NCBI GenBank assembly: GCA_013288345.1
Contig: JABDCA010000002.1
Location: 49,686-113,685, forward strand
Source: Bacteroidota bacterium
GTDB taxonomy: Bacteria > Bacteroidota > Bacteroidia > JABEUT01
DNA length: 64,000 nt
Reading direction: 5' to 3'
In this document: positions 18,428 through 29,149 of the stretch, piece after piece
How positions within the stretch are numbered: the stretch's first letter is position 1
How the letters are laid out: every line of letters begins with the position of its first letter
The notes under the pieces: generated by a model
What the model saw: only the letters and a program-made list of their open reading frames with translations
What the model was told of the DNA's origin: nothing
Databases searched by the model: none
Position numbers and translations under genes: made by a program

Positions 18428-19744
18428 TTATTTCTGTTTTACAGCTCCGAATTTTTTCTTCAAGCCTTCTGTTGTATTGGAACCCGGACGCTCAATAGGT
18501 GAGTTAAGTACCCTGTCCCATATTAAAGAAGACAGTACACCCAATGCCCTTGATACACCAAATAATACAGTGTAGAAATCGTATTCTACAATGCCATAAT
18601 GTATAAGTAATGCGCCAGAGTGTGCATCAACGTTTGGCCAAGGATTCTTAATTTTTCCGGTACCTTCTAAAATAGGAGGTGCCACTGCATATATCATCTG
18701 CACTATTTCGCAAAGGTCATCGTGCTTGATATATTTTTTATAGAAATCTTGTTGAGCAGTGAAACGCGGGTCGGTCTTGCGCAATACTGCGTGTCCGTAA
18801 CCCGGTACTACACGGCCTTCAGCCAATGTTTTTTTAATGTACTCTGCAATTTGTTCTTTTGTTGGTAAACCTCCGCCTAATTCTTTACGGAGTTCCAAAA
18901 TCCATGCAACTACTTCCTGGTTGGCAAGTCCGTGTAATGGGCCTGCTAATCCGTTTAGTCCTGCTGCAAATGCTAAGTAAGGATCGCTCAGAGCTGAACC
19001 TACAAGGTGTGTAGAGTGAGCAGATACGTTTCCGCCTTCATGATCTGCGTGTATGGTTAAATACAAACGCATCAGGCGTTGTACGTCAAATACATCGAAG
19101 CCTAACATGTGAGCCAGGTTTGCTGCCCAGTCTAATTTAGGATCCGGTTCAATATGTTCGTTGTTCTTATACTTTCTGCGGTATATATAAGCTGCCACAC
19201 GCGGTAAACGTGCAATCAGGTTCATAGAATCTTCGTAAACGTAATCCCAGTAATCTTTTTTGTTGATACCTTTTTTGTAAGCTGCAGCAAAAAGCGATTC
19301 TGTTTGCATAGCCATTACACCAATACTGAATTCAGTCATAGGGTGAGTATTGGCAGGCAATGAATCAAGTGTGTCGAACACGTGACGAGGTACAATGCTT
19401 CTCCTTGCCCAGTTGTTGGTCAGATCATTTACATCATCCTGTGTAGGAAGTTCGCCCATAAGCATGAGGTAGAATATACCTTCAGGTAATGGTTCGCTTC
19501 CACCGGGAGCTTTAGGCAGTTTTTCCCTTAATTCAGGAATAGTATATCCGCGAAAACGGATTCCTTCTTCCGGATCAAGTTTCGATGTTTCGGTAACCAG
19601 GCCAGTCATGCCACGCATGCCCTGGTATACTTGTGCAACAGTATATTCTCCTACTACTGCATCACCGTGTTCAGCAATAAACTGCTTTACATTTACAGCT
19701 TCACTTGCTGCCTTTTTTGCGAATGCTTCTTTGAGCTTATCCAT
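18428..19744 (-). CDS. gltA: Citrate synthase
   Basis: 438 aa with typical citrate synthase motifs (GYGHAVLRKTDPR, HSGALL...). Confidence 0.95.
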   Translation of the reverse strand: MDKLKEAFAKKAASEAVNVKQFIAEHGDAVVGEYTVAQVYQGMRGMTGLVTETSKLDPEEGIRFRGYTIPELREKLPKAPGGSEPLPEGIFYLMLMGELPTQDDVNDLTNNWARRSIVPRHVFDTLDSLPANTHPMTEFSIGVMAMQTESLFAAAYKKGINKKDYWDYVYEDSMNLIARLPRVAAYIYRRKYKNNEHIEPDPKLDWAANLAHMLGFDVFDVQRLMRLYLTIHADHEGGNVSAHSTHLVGSALSDPYLAFAAGLNGLAGPLHGLANQEVVAWILELRKELGGGLPTKEQIAEYIKKTLAEGRVVPGYGHAVLRKTDPRFTAQQDFYKKYIKHDDLCEIVQMIYAVAPPILEGTGKIKNPWPNVDAHSGALLIHYGIVEYDFYTVLFGVSRALGVLSSLIWDRVLNSPIERPGSNTTEGLKKKFGAVKQK

Positions 19745-19767
19745 TGGGTATGTATTATATAGTTTTT

Positions 19768-21096
<1,329 letters not shown>

Positions 21097-21600
21097 TTAT
21101 AAATAAAATAATGACGAATTGAAGCAAGTTGATTTACCTCGTTCCCAGCCATATAATTACCTGATTTGAAGGGGGCTAAAAGTCCAAAATAAGGAATTTT
21201 AAGAGTAAAGTAATGGAGCCCGGACAAGCAGCTTGTTAGTTCATAACCTGCAACTTAATCCCCCTGGTGGGCTCCATTAATGGCTAAAAATTAAGTTTAA
21301 TTGGTAGGGTTTTATACCTGCTTAAACGCTAAAATTATCTGAATAATCGTATAGCAGCAAAATTATATAATTTTATTAAGAGAGGAAAGTATTATTTAAC
21401 CCAATGTTAAATATTTAACATTCGCTATGATATAATGAGATTGCTTTTGTAATTGATTAATAGAATGGTGTACCGATTTAGTAACCGGCAAAAAAAATTA
21501 ACTCAGGCAAAGATAAATGCCGGGCAGGGGTATATATGCAGAGTGGGTGTAAGATTGAGTGAGTTTCATAATGGGTAAAGTACTTCCTTGAATAATAGAT

Positions 21601-21771
21601 TCAGGTTTGCAGTTTTTCAATACACTTCATATATGCTTCGCGCATCCCTTCGCACATGGCAGCTTTGCCGTAGTTATGGCTTTTTTCCAGGTCGCATATA
21701 GCCTGGCTTATGCTTCTTACCTGGTCTTGAAGCCAGCCAAGCACATCAATTGTTTTGTCGTTTGTGTTCAT
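21601..21771 (-). CDS. Possible 56-aa small protein (MNTNDKTIDVLGWLQDQVRSISQAICDLEKSHNYGKAAMCEGMREAYMKCIEKLQT)
   Basis: Manual translation of the minus strand. It lies directly downstream of the mltF-like gene. It has no recognisable family, so this is a weak call. Confidence 0.2.
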   Translation of the reverse strand: MNTNDKTIDVLGWLQDQVRSISQAICDLEKSHNYGKAAMCEGMREAYMKCIEKLQT

Positions 21772-21807
21772 GATTTTGAGGAATTTAAGGTTTGAGCACT
21801 ATTTGAA

Positions 21808-23289
21808 TTAAGGGTTCGTTTTTGCTGTGTATTGGTATGCAATCTGGTCGCTGTACATACTGTAGCGGTTCATTATTTCGCGCACATACTGGTAGGGCTC
21901 TTGTCCCCGGCAATAACCGAAGGTAACTATAGGGTCGTTGTAATATTGAGGCAGCGATTCATTAAGCAGGAAGTAGGCTACATTGTTTTCCCACTTGTTA
22001 GGATCGAGCCCGTATTTGCTGGCAAGGTTACGGGCATCGATAATATGCCCTGCTCCTACATCGTAGGAAGCAAGGTCGAATGGTATGCGTGTATTCTTAT
22101 CAGATATGAATTTTGCAAAATAGCCATCTACTTCTTTCAGGTAAGCCACACCGGCTGCAATACTAGCTTCAGGAGACATATTAGTAGTATCTATATTATA
22201 TTTTGCTGCGGTAGACGGCAACAGTTGCATAAGGCCAAATGCACCCGACCATGAACGCGCTTCAGGGTTAAACTGCGATTCCTGATAGATCTGCGCAGCA
22301 AGCAGTTTCCAGTCCCAGCCAATTTTAACACTGTATTTTTTTATCATGTCATCGTAAGGCGATATTTTTCCACCGGACAATGAGAAGTACTCGCTGTTCT
22401 GCCTGTTCCATGCCGATTTTTTGTCGATAAAATACTTGCCATATACCACATCGTTGTAGCCTTTTTTCTTTTCCTTTATTATCCATTCATTAATGGCCGT
22501 AAGCAGTTCAGGAGATTCTCGCCTGGTGGCCCAGGCTATTTTTTGAGGGAAACTGATAGGGGTACTTATATCTATATTGTCATAGTACGATGCAATAATG
22601 CGGGCTACGTTTTCATCGGCAATGGTAAAATCTATTTTGCCCTTGGCTACATCGCCTATAAGCTCTTCTGTTGTTTCGGTGCCTGGTGTTTCAATCACTT
22701 CTATTTTGCCACCAATTTCATTCGACAGATCTTTCAGGCGTTCGTAAAATGATGAGCCCTTCCTCACATACACCTGCTTTTCGCCCAGCTGCAATGGGTT
22801 CTTTACCAAGAGGCTTTCCAGTTGCAATGGCATAAGCTTATTCCAGTTATCTGGCTTACGCTGAACGAGTACCTGCCGTGTATTAAATAATGGGCTTGCA
22901 AACTCTACATCTTTTCTGCGGTTGCTGGTTATGGTCAGGTTATCGGCTGCAATATCGCCCTCGCAACTATCCAGCATCTGGAAGATATTGTCCACGTTCC
23001 TAACTACCACCACATCTAATTCCACTCCAATAGATTGCGCGAATGCGTTCAGCATTTCATATTCGTAGCCCATTGGCTGGCCCTTATATATAAAGTAGGT
23101 GGTAGAGCTGTTTTCGGTAAGCAGCACCAGCTTTTTGCTTTTCTTTATCTGGTCAAGGTCCCTGTGTTCAATATTGCTATAGTCATCCTTAACTTGATCC
23201 TTAGCACCGGGGAGCGTACACTTCTTTACTTCGAGAAAAGATGTCAAAAGAAAAATAAGGCCGAATAATATTTTGTATTTTTTCCACAT
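21808..23289 (-). CDS. mltF: Membrane-bound lytic murein transglycosylase F-like protein (solute-binding domain + SLT domain)
   Basis: N-terminal SBP_bac_3-like domain and a C-terminal lysozyme-like SLT domain (ESQFNPEARSWSGAFGLMQLLPSTA). Confidence 0.8.
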   Translation of the reverse strand: MWKKYKILFGLIFLLTSFLEVKKCTLPGAKDQVKDDYSNIEHRDLDQIKKSKKLVLLTENSSTTYFIYKGQPMGYEYEMLNAFAQSIGVELDVVVVRNVDNIFQMLDSCEGDIAADNLTITSNRRKDVEFASPLFNTRQVLVQRKPDNWNKLMPLQLESLLVKNPLQLGEKQVYVRKGSSFYERLKDLSNEIGGKIEVIETPGTETTEELIGDVAKGKIDFTIADENVARIIASYYDNIDISTPISFPQKIAWATRRESPELLTAINEWIIKEKKKGYNDVVYGKYFIDKKSAWNRQNSEYFSLSGGKISPYDDMIKKYSVKIGWDWKLLAAQIYQESQFNPEARSWSGAFGLMQLLPSTAAKYNIDTTNMSPEASIAAGVAYLKEVDGYFAKFISDKNTRIPFDLASYDVGAGHIIDARNLASKYGLDPNKWENNVAYFLLNESLPQYYNDPIVTFGYCRGQEPYQYVREIMNRYSMYSDQIAYQYTAKTNP

Positions 23290-23364
23290 CGTAAACCTCC
23301 ATATTTATCCTATTCTTACTAATTTTACGGTGAAAACGGATTTTCGTTTCATTTTTACCCGCAA

Positions 23365-24015
23365 ATGCCTATGTTTCTTGAGTTTATAGATATTTTGACC
23401 GACGAAATAAGGCTGGGTTTACCCGGTTGGGAAGCACAACAGCGGATGATATCGGGCAGGCCTAAAATGGATTTGGAGCTGATAGCCAAGAAGAACCCGC
23501 GTCAGAGTAGTGTATTGGTGTGGCTATACCCCGATAACGAAGATATATATACACGGCTTATACTGCGCACAGCCTATAAAGGGGTACATAGCGCACAAGT
23601 AGCCTTTCCGGGAGGGACAAAAGAAGAAACTGATACTAACCTGTGGCAAACTGCCTTGCGTGAAGCGCATGAGGAGGTGGGCTTATTGCCCGAGAAGATA
23701 AAGTTTGTAGGTGAATTGAGCCCTGTGTATATACCACCAAGCAATTTCTGGGTGCAGCCCTATATTGGTATGAGCGAAAATAATATGCCCGCTATAATAC
23801 AAGAAACAGAGGTGCAGCATACCATCGATATTAATGTGCGCCAATTACTAGACCCCAAGATAAAAGAGGAGAAACTTATTCTGCATTCTAATTCGAGCGC
23901 TGAAATAAAAACACCTTATTATAATATTGCTGGACATATTGTTTGGGGTGCCACTGCCATGATGCTAAGTGAACTGGAGGAGTTGTTGAAGAGGGTGTAT
24001 AAGAGAATGGAGTAA
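23365..24015 (+). CDS. NUDIX hydrolase, CoA pyrophosphatase-like
   Basis: Nudix box GGTKEETDTNLWQTALREAHEEVGL. Confidence 0.75.
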   Translation: MPMFLEFIDILTDEIRLGLPGWEAQQRMISGRPKMDLELIAKKNPRQSSVLVWLYPDNEDIYTRLILRTAYKGVHSAQVAFPGGTKEETDTNLWQTALREAHEEVGLLPEKIKFVGELSPVYIPPSNFWVQPYIGMSENNMPAIIQETEVQHTIDINVRQLLDPKIKEEKLILHSNSSAEIKTPYYNIAGHIVWGATAMMLSELEELLKRVYKRME

Positions 24016-24026
24016 GTTGTGAATAC

Positions 24027-24536
24027 TTAATGTTTATGAAATATTGGGTTCCCATTTTTAAACCTTATACCATCAATAGTATAATCAAACATATCACATC
24101 CATAGCCTTCAGAATTCATCGTGAAATGAGCTCTCATAATCATTTTCATGTTTTTTAGTTCCCAAGGCTTTTGTTTTGGTACAATAAATACATATCTATA
24201 ATTAATATTCATATTCTGCCATATTGTACCCCAACGTTCTTTGTGTGTTTTTTCATCTGGACTTTGTGAAGGGAACACATATACCTTAAATGAGTTAATT
24301 AATTCATGATCCTTATATTCATTAACTAAAACAGAATCAAACTCATCACTATTGAATCCTATAAAACAAATACAAAGCTTGTTGAAAGTTTCAGTTTGTG
24401 AACAAAGTGTTTTAAATGCATCTTTTTGCCTGTCAGTCCATCGATAGAAAAAGACATCATTACTTGGCTTGTATTCAGGCTTTTTACATCCAAACAAAAA
24501 AGTAAGGATAATAAAAGAATAGAAAATTCGATGCAT
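24027..24536 (-). CDS. Hypothetical lipoprotein on a locally AT-rich segment
   Basis: Lipobox LFGC at residue 17. I recognise no family. By eye the AT content is visibly higher than in the neighbouring genes. Confidence 0.5.
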   Translation of the reverse strand: MHRIFYSFIILTFLFGCKKPEYKPSNDVFFYRWTDRQKDAFKTLCSQTETFNKLCICFIGFNSDEFDSVLVNEYKDHELINSFKVYVFPSQSPDEKTHKERWGTIWQNMNINYRYVFIVPKQKPWELKNMKMIMRAHFTMNSEGYGCDMFDYTIDGIRFKNGNPIFHKH

Positions 24537-24570
24537 TTTATAAAGATATGAAATTAACTGAAAAAATAAT

Positions 24571-24578
24571 TACTTTTG
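24571..24578 (+). promoter_or_regulatory. Candidate -7 box (TACTTTTG) for the TPP riboswitch transcript
   Basis: TAnnTTTG consensus about 10 nt upstream of the riboswitch 5' end. Confidence 0.3.
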
Positions 24579-24584
24579 CTCGGT

Positions 24585-24695
24585 CTACTTTTAAGGGGTG
24601 CCACAATTTACGGCTGAGATCATACCCATTAAACATAGTAATATGTTTTGGAACCTGAACAAGGTAATGCTTGCGGAGGGAAGGAGATAGCGATA
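24585..24695 (+). ncRNA. TPP (THI-box) riboswitch
   Basis: aaGGGGTGCCacaatttacGGCTGAGAtcatACCC...GAACCTGAacaaGGTAATGCttGCGGAGGGAAGG matches the THI element consensus (GGGGUGCC..GGCUGAGA..ACCC..GAACCUGAUC.GG.UAAUGCC.GCG.AGGGAAG) nearly position by position. Confidence 0.85.
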
Positions 24696-24756
24696 CATAG
24701 ATAGCCGGGGAATTTTCCACCCTTTCGTTTTCCGGCAGTATTATATACCCAAGCTA

Positions 24757-27177
24757 ATGATAAAGATCATTACACGATTTCCGTTTGCAAAACTGTTTGC
24801 AGTAATTATGTTGTTGCCTGTTGCGGTTTCAGCGCAACATTCTTTCAGTGGTGTTATTACCGATTCTGCCAGTGGAGAGAAATTACCGGGAGTTGCAGTG
24901 GCAATAAACTCTACCATGTTTACCACATTAACGGACTTAGATGGTAAGTTCAAGCTGCGCCTGAATGATGGAGATTATAATGTGTCTATCATTTTTTTAG
25001 GATACAAATCGCAAACTGTTAAAATATCGCTGCCTAAAGATTCAGTATTAAATGTGCAATTATCTTCTTCAGCGTTATATTCGAACGAGGTAGTGGTAAG
25101 CGCTACCCGTGCTGATGATAAAACTCCCACAGCCTATACCAATATTGACAAAGCCTATCTCGAAAAAAGCAATGTAGGCCAGGATATGCCTTTCCTGTTG
25201 AATTTTACTCCATCTATGGTTACTACTTCCGATGCCGGTGCAGGAGTAGGGTACACTTACATTCACCTGCGCGGTAGTGATGCCACGCGTGTTAATGTAA
25301 CTATCGATGGTGTGCCAATCAATGATGCCGAAGACCAGGGAGTGTATTGGGTAGATATGCCCGATATCGTTTCGAGTACCGATAATATTCAGATACAACG
25401 CGGGGTAGGTACTTCTACCAACGGAGCAGGTGCATTTGGTGGAAGTATTAATATTGAAACTACTAAGCTAACTACGCAACCTTATGCTGAGTATAGTAGT
25501 TCTGCCGGTTCATACAATACATTTAAAAACTCGTTTCAGTTTGGTACAGGCCTTATTGGTGGCCACTGGGCTTTTGATGGCAGGGCATCTGATATAACTT
25601 CTAACGGATATATCGACAGGGCAACATCCAGTTTTCAGTCGGCTTTTTTAGATGCAGGTTATTATACCAAAACTACCATGATAAAAGCGGTTGTATTTAC
25701 AGGCAAAGAAAAAACCTACCAGGCATGGTACGGAGTTCCTCAAGATTCATTAGCTACTAACCGCACCTTTAACCCTGCAGGATTGTATTATGATGGGAAC
25801 GGAAAAATGCAGTTCTACCCCAATGAGACCGATAATTACGAACAGGATTATTTTCAATTACACCTGTCGCAGCAATTAGGGCATAACTGGGAATTGAACG
25901 GCGCACTCTTCCAAACCAATGGCTGGGGTTATTATGAAGATTATGATGCGCAATATCCTTATTCGTATTATGGATTGCAAGGCCCAGGTGCAGGAAAAGA
26001 CACGGGCGATTTTGTAGAGGACCTGTGGTTGAATAATAAATTTTATGGCGCTACTTACAACTTAAAATATTCTGACCACGGCCGCCTTACAGCAGATTTT
26101 GGCGGAGCATGGGATCAGTATTACGGACAGCATTACGATAATATAATTTGGGCACAAAACGGAGGGCTTCCAAATCCGAATTACCAGTATGTATCTAATA
26201 CCGCTTTGAAAACCGATTTCAATTTTTTTGCAAGAGCCAATTACCAGTTATTTAATAAGCTGAGTTTGTTTGCCGATATGCAATACAGGCATATTGATTA
26301 TTCTTTCCTGGGGTTCAACGATTCGTTGCAGAATGTAACACAAGCAGTAACGCTTGATTTTTTTAATCCTAAAGGCGGAATCAGTTATGATATTTCTTCA
26401 ACACAAAATGTATATGCATCGGTAGCGGTGGGAAATAAAGAACCATCGCGCGATGACTATACCCAGTCGACCCCATCCAGCCGACCGTTGCCCGAGCATC
26501 TGGTCGACTGGGAGGCCGGGTATAAACAGCATTGGAAGAAAATAGCGGTGCAAGCCAACCTATACTATATGGACTATAAAAACCAGCTGGTGCTGAATGG
26601 ACAGGTAAATGATGTAGGAGCATATAATCGCATAAACGTTCCTCAAAGTTACCGTGAAGGCATTGAATTGCAGTGGGCGTATCAACCGTTTAAATGGCTC
26701 AGATGGGATGCAAATGCAACTTACAGTATTAATAAAATAAAGAACTTTAACGAGTATGTGTATTCGAATGACAGTGGAAAAATTATTCTTTATCAAACAC
26801 ATCCATTGGCAGATATCTCATTCTCTCCATCATGGATCGCAGGAAGCATACTCACGTTTACTCCGTTTAAGAATCTTGACCTCAGCCTGCTTACCAAATA
26901 TGTAGGTAAGCAGTATTTAGATAATACTGAAAACGCTGACCGCGCGATACCTGCATACTTCACCAACGATTTTAGAATTAATTATGCATTGCTCTGTGCT
27001 AAGTGGATAAAAGAAATCGATTTTACTCTACTTATAAATAATATTACCAGTTTGAAGTATGTATCTAATGGATACACTAATTACGAATACCTGCAAGGTG
27101 GAATAGTATACAATCAGAATTATTATTTCCCTCAGGCACCGGCTAATTTCTTAGTAGGAGTTAATTTGAAGTTTTAA
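24757..27177 (+). CDS. TonB-dependent receptor controlled by the TPP riboswitch (candidate outer-membrane thiamine transporter)
   Basis: Signal peptide, CarboxypepD_reg-like N-domain (FSGVITDSASGEKLPGVAVAI), plug, C-terminal barrel ending in F, and the riboswitch immediately upstream. Confidence 0.9.
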   Translation: MIKIITRFPFAKLFAVIMLLPVAVSAQHSFSGVITDSASGEKLPGVAVAINSTMFTTLTDLDGKFKLRLNDGDYNVSIIFLGYKSQTVKISLPKDSVLNVQLSSSALYSNEVVVSATRADDKTPTAYTNIDKAYLEKSNVGQDMPFLLNFTPSMVTTSDAGAGVGYTYIHLRGSDATRVNVTIDGVPINDAEDQGVYWVDMPDIVSSTDNIQIQRGVGTSTNGAGAFGGSINIETTKLTTQPYAEYSSSAGSYNTFKNSFQFGTGLIGGHWAFDGRASDITSNGYIDRATSSFQSAFLDAGYYTKTTMIKAVVFTGKEKTYQAWYGVPQDSLATNRTFNPAGLYYDGNGKMQFYPNETDNYEQDYFQLHLSQQLGHNWELNGALFQTNGWGYYEDYDAQYPYSYYGLQGPGAGKDTGDFVEDLWLNNKFYGATYNLKYSDHGRLTADFGGAWDQYYGQHYDNIIWAQNGGLPNPNYQYVSNTALKTDFNFFARANYQLFNKLSLFADMQYRHIDYSFLGFNDSLQNVTQAVTLDFFNPKGGISYDISSTQNVYASVAVGNKEPSRDDYTQSTPSSRPLPEHLVDWEAGYKQHWKKIAVQANLYYMDYKNQLVLNGQVNDVGAYNRINVPQSYREGIELQWAYQPFKWLRWDANATYSINKIKNFNEYVYSNDSGKIILYQTHPLADISFSPSWIAGSILTFTPFKNLDLSLLTKYVGKQYLDNTENADRAIPAYFTNDFRINYALLCAKWIKEIDFTLLINNITSLKYVSNGYTNYEYLQGGIVYNQNYYFPQAPANFLVGVNLKF

Positions 27178-27203
27178 AGCCTTAGCCACGAATTACACGA
27201 ATT

Positions 27204-27328
27204 AGCCCCAACCCCTAAAGGGGCTTTAAATTATAGGCGTCTTGTTGAGCCCGTCGAAACATATTCCTTTGACACTTCGACAAGCTCAGTGTGACGAACA
27301 GCTAAAGCCCCTTTAGGGGTTTGGGGCT
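27204..27328. repeat. Nested palindrome in a convergent gap. The arms agccccaacccctaaaggggcttta / taaagcccctttaggggtttggggct each contain a cccctaaagggg hairpin and a GCTAAAGC core.
   Basis: Read directly in the sequence. Inner gtcgaa/ttcgac stems are also present. Confidence 0.65.
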
Positions 27329-27346
27329 GTGTGATAAAAGAAATCT

Positions 27347-28126
27347 CTATTGCAACTGTTCCTGCAGCAATGCTGTAAACTTTTCAGGGCTAAGGTCTCG
27401 GTAAAGCTTGCCCAAATGTGCCACCGAAATAGAACCCGTTTGTTCAGATACCGATATGGCAATAGCATCCGATTTTTCTGAAATACCTACTGCTGCTCTG
27501 TGCCTCATGCCCAGGTTCGCCGGGAAGTCGGTCTTTTCAGTACTTGGCAATACACAGCGTGCGGCATATATTTTGTTGTCCTTTATAATTACTGCACCAT
27601 CGTGCAGGGGATTATTTTTAAAGAAAATACTTTCGAGCATGGCCTCGGTAATATTACTGTCAATAATATCTCCGGTTTGGGCATAAAAACTCAGGTCGGT
27701 ATCTTTTTCAATTACAATCAAAGCCCCGGTTTGCTTATCTGCCAGGTTACGACAGGCTTTAAAAATAGGGTGCAAGTCAAGCTCACTGTCTTTATCTAAT
27801 TGCAGCATTAAAAAGTTCTTGGTAAAGTTTTTACGGTTGAAGAATTCCGTCTTGCCAATGATAAGTAAGAATCTCCGCAACTCCTGCTGAAAAACAATAA
27901 TTATTGCTATTACTCCCACATCAATAAAGCGGCTAAGTATACTGCTGAATAACTGCATATCGAGTGCCCTAACTATAAGCCAGATGATGTAAAGTAATAC
28001 GATACCGGTAAGAATGTTAATTGCAGCCGTACCCCTAACCAGGCTGTATAATTCATAGAGCAATATCGCCACAAGTAGAATATCTACCGCATCTAACCAT
28101 CTGAATGTTATGAATAGGCTTATCAT
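27347..28126 (-). CDS. cdaA: Diadenylate cyclase CdaA (c-di-AMP synthase)
   Basis: Three N-terminal TM helices plus a DAC domain (DGAVIIKDNKIYAARCVLPS ... RHRAAVGISE). Confidence 0.9.
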   Translation of the reverse strand: MISLFITFRWLDAVDILLVAILLYELYSLVRGTAAINILTGIVLLYIIWLIVRALDMQLFSSILSRFIDVGVIAIIIVFQQELRRFLLIIGKTEFFNRKNFTKNFLMLQLDKDSELDLHPIFKACRNLADKQTGALIVIEKDTDLSFYAQTGDIIDSNITEAMLESIFFKNNPLHDGAVIIKDNKIYAARCVLPSTEKTDFPANLGMRHRAAVGISEKSDAIAISVSEQTGSISVAHLGKLYRDLSPEKFTALLQEQLQ

Positions 28127-29022
28127 ACTTGCGAACTTGGGTGTAAATATTGGTTCACCAGTTTTATAACTTCTTTGGCTTCTTTTACATCATGCACCCT
28201 TATGATATTTGCACCTTGTAATAAAGCAAGCGTATTTAGTGCTATGGTCCCGGTTAATGCATTTGCAGGTTTAGTCTTAAGTACTTTATTTATCATCGAT
28301 TTACGCGAAAGGCCTGCCAGAACCGGTAGTCCAAGTTTACGGAATGTACCAAGTGTATGCAATAATGTAAAATTATGTTCCACCGTTTTGCCAAAACCAA
28401 ATCCGGGGTCAACTATTAGTTGCTTAATGCCTGCCCTTTGTGCCTTATCGACCTGTGCAGAGAGGAAGTTGTAAACTTCTGTAGTTACATCTTCATATTG
28501 TGGGTTATGCTGCATGGTCTGTGGTGTGCCCTGTATATGCATAAGTATATAAGGCACCTTTAGGCCTGCAACAGTTTTCAGCATAGCCGCATCCATTGTA
28601 CCACCCGAAATATCATTTATCATTGAGGCCCCATGAGCTACTGCTTCTTTGGCCACTTGTGCATGAAATGTATCAACTGAGATAATCAATTCAGGATATT
28701 TTTCAATAAGTGCATCAAGCACCGGTAATAGTCTTCCCAATTCTTCTTCAGGGCTTAGTAACTCTGCATTAGGTTTTGTAGAGGCAGCACCCAGGTCAAT
28801 AATATCTGCCCCTTCGGCTAATAATTTTTCAACCTGTCTTATGGCATCTTCCGGACTTTCATATTTCCCTCCATCATAGAATGAATCGGGGGTAATGTTT
28901 AATATGCCCATTACCAATGGTGTATCAAAAGACAATTGCTTGCCATTAGAAAACACTAAAGGTTTTAAACGATTTGCGGTATATATGGTTGTAGTGCCCA
29001 TGTTATTTCCCAAAAATAGCAA
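28123..29022 (-). CDS. folP: Dihydropteroate synthase
   Basis: Pterin-binding motifs (DGGKYESPEDA, DIIDLGAASTKP, VHDV). There is a 4-nt overlap with cdaA. The start may be the internal Met8. Confidence 0.9.
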   Translation of the reverse strand: MLFLGNNMGTTTIYTANRLKPLVFSNGKQLSFDTPLVMGILNITPDSFYDGGKYESPEDAIRQVEKLLAEGADIIDLGAASTKPNAELLSPEEELGRLLPVLDALIEKYPELIISVDTFHAQVAKEAVAHGASMINDISGGTMDAAMLKTVAGLKVPYILMHIQGTPQTMQHNPQYEDVTTEVYNFLSAQVDKAQRAGIKQLIVDPGFGFGKTVEHNFTLLHTLGTFRKLGLPVLAGLSRKSMINKVLKTKPANALTGTIALNTLALLQGANIIRVHDVKEAKEVIKLVNQYLHPSSQV

Positions 29023-29149
29023 AAGCTTGTTTTGGATTTCGATTAATAATAAAATTTATACTTTTTAACAAATACTGGAGTGTTTCTTATCGTATGAACT
29101 TTGATTTGTTTTGTTAAATTTGTGATTACCAATAAATAAAGAAACTATA

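Noticed and set aside
21160-21290. Possible RNase P, SRP or tmRNA gene
   Set aside because: The short matches (GUCCGGGCUCC-like, CCGGACAAGCAGC) are not accompanied by the other universally conserved blocks, and the flanks are AT-rich and unstructured. I kept it only as a generic structured-RNA candidate.
21607-21795. 62-aa plus-strand ORF
   Set aside because: It has hydrophobic, biased composition. The opposite strand gives a more protein-like 56-aa ORF, which I report with low confidence, and neither is strongly supported.
24538-24720. 60-aa minus-strand ORF
   Set aside because: It lies antisense across the TPP riboswitch, and the riboswitch explains the sequence conservation.
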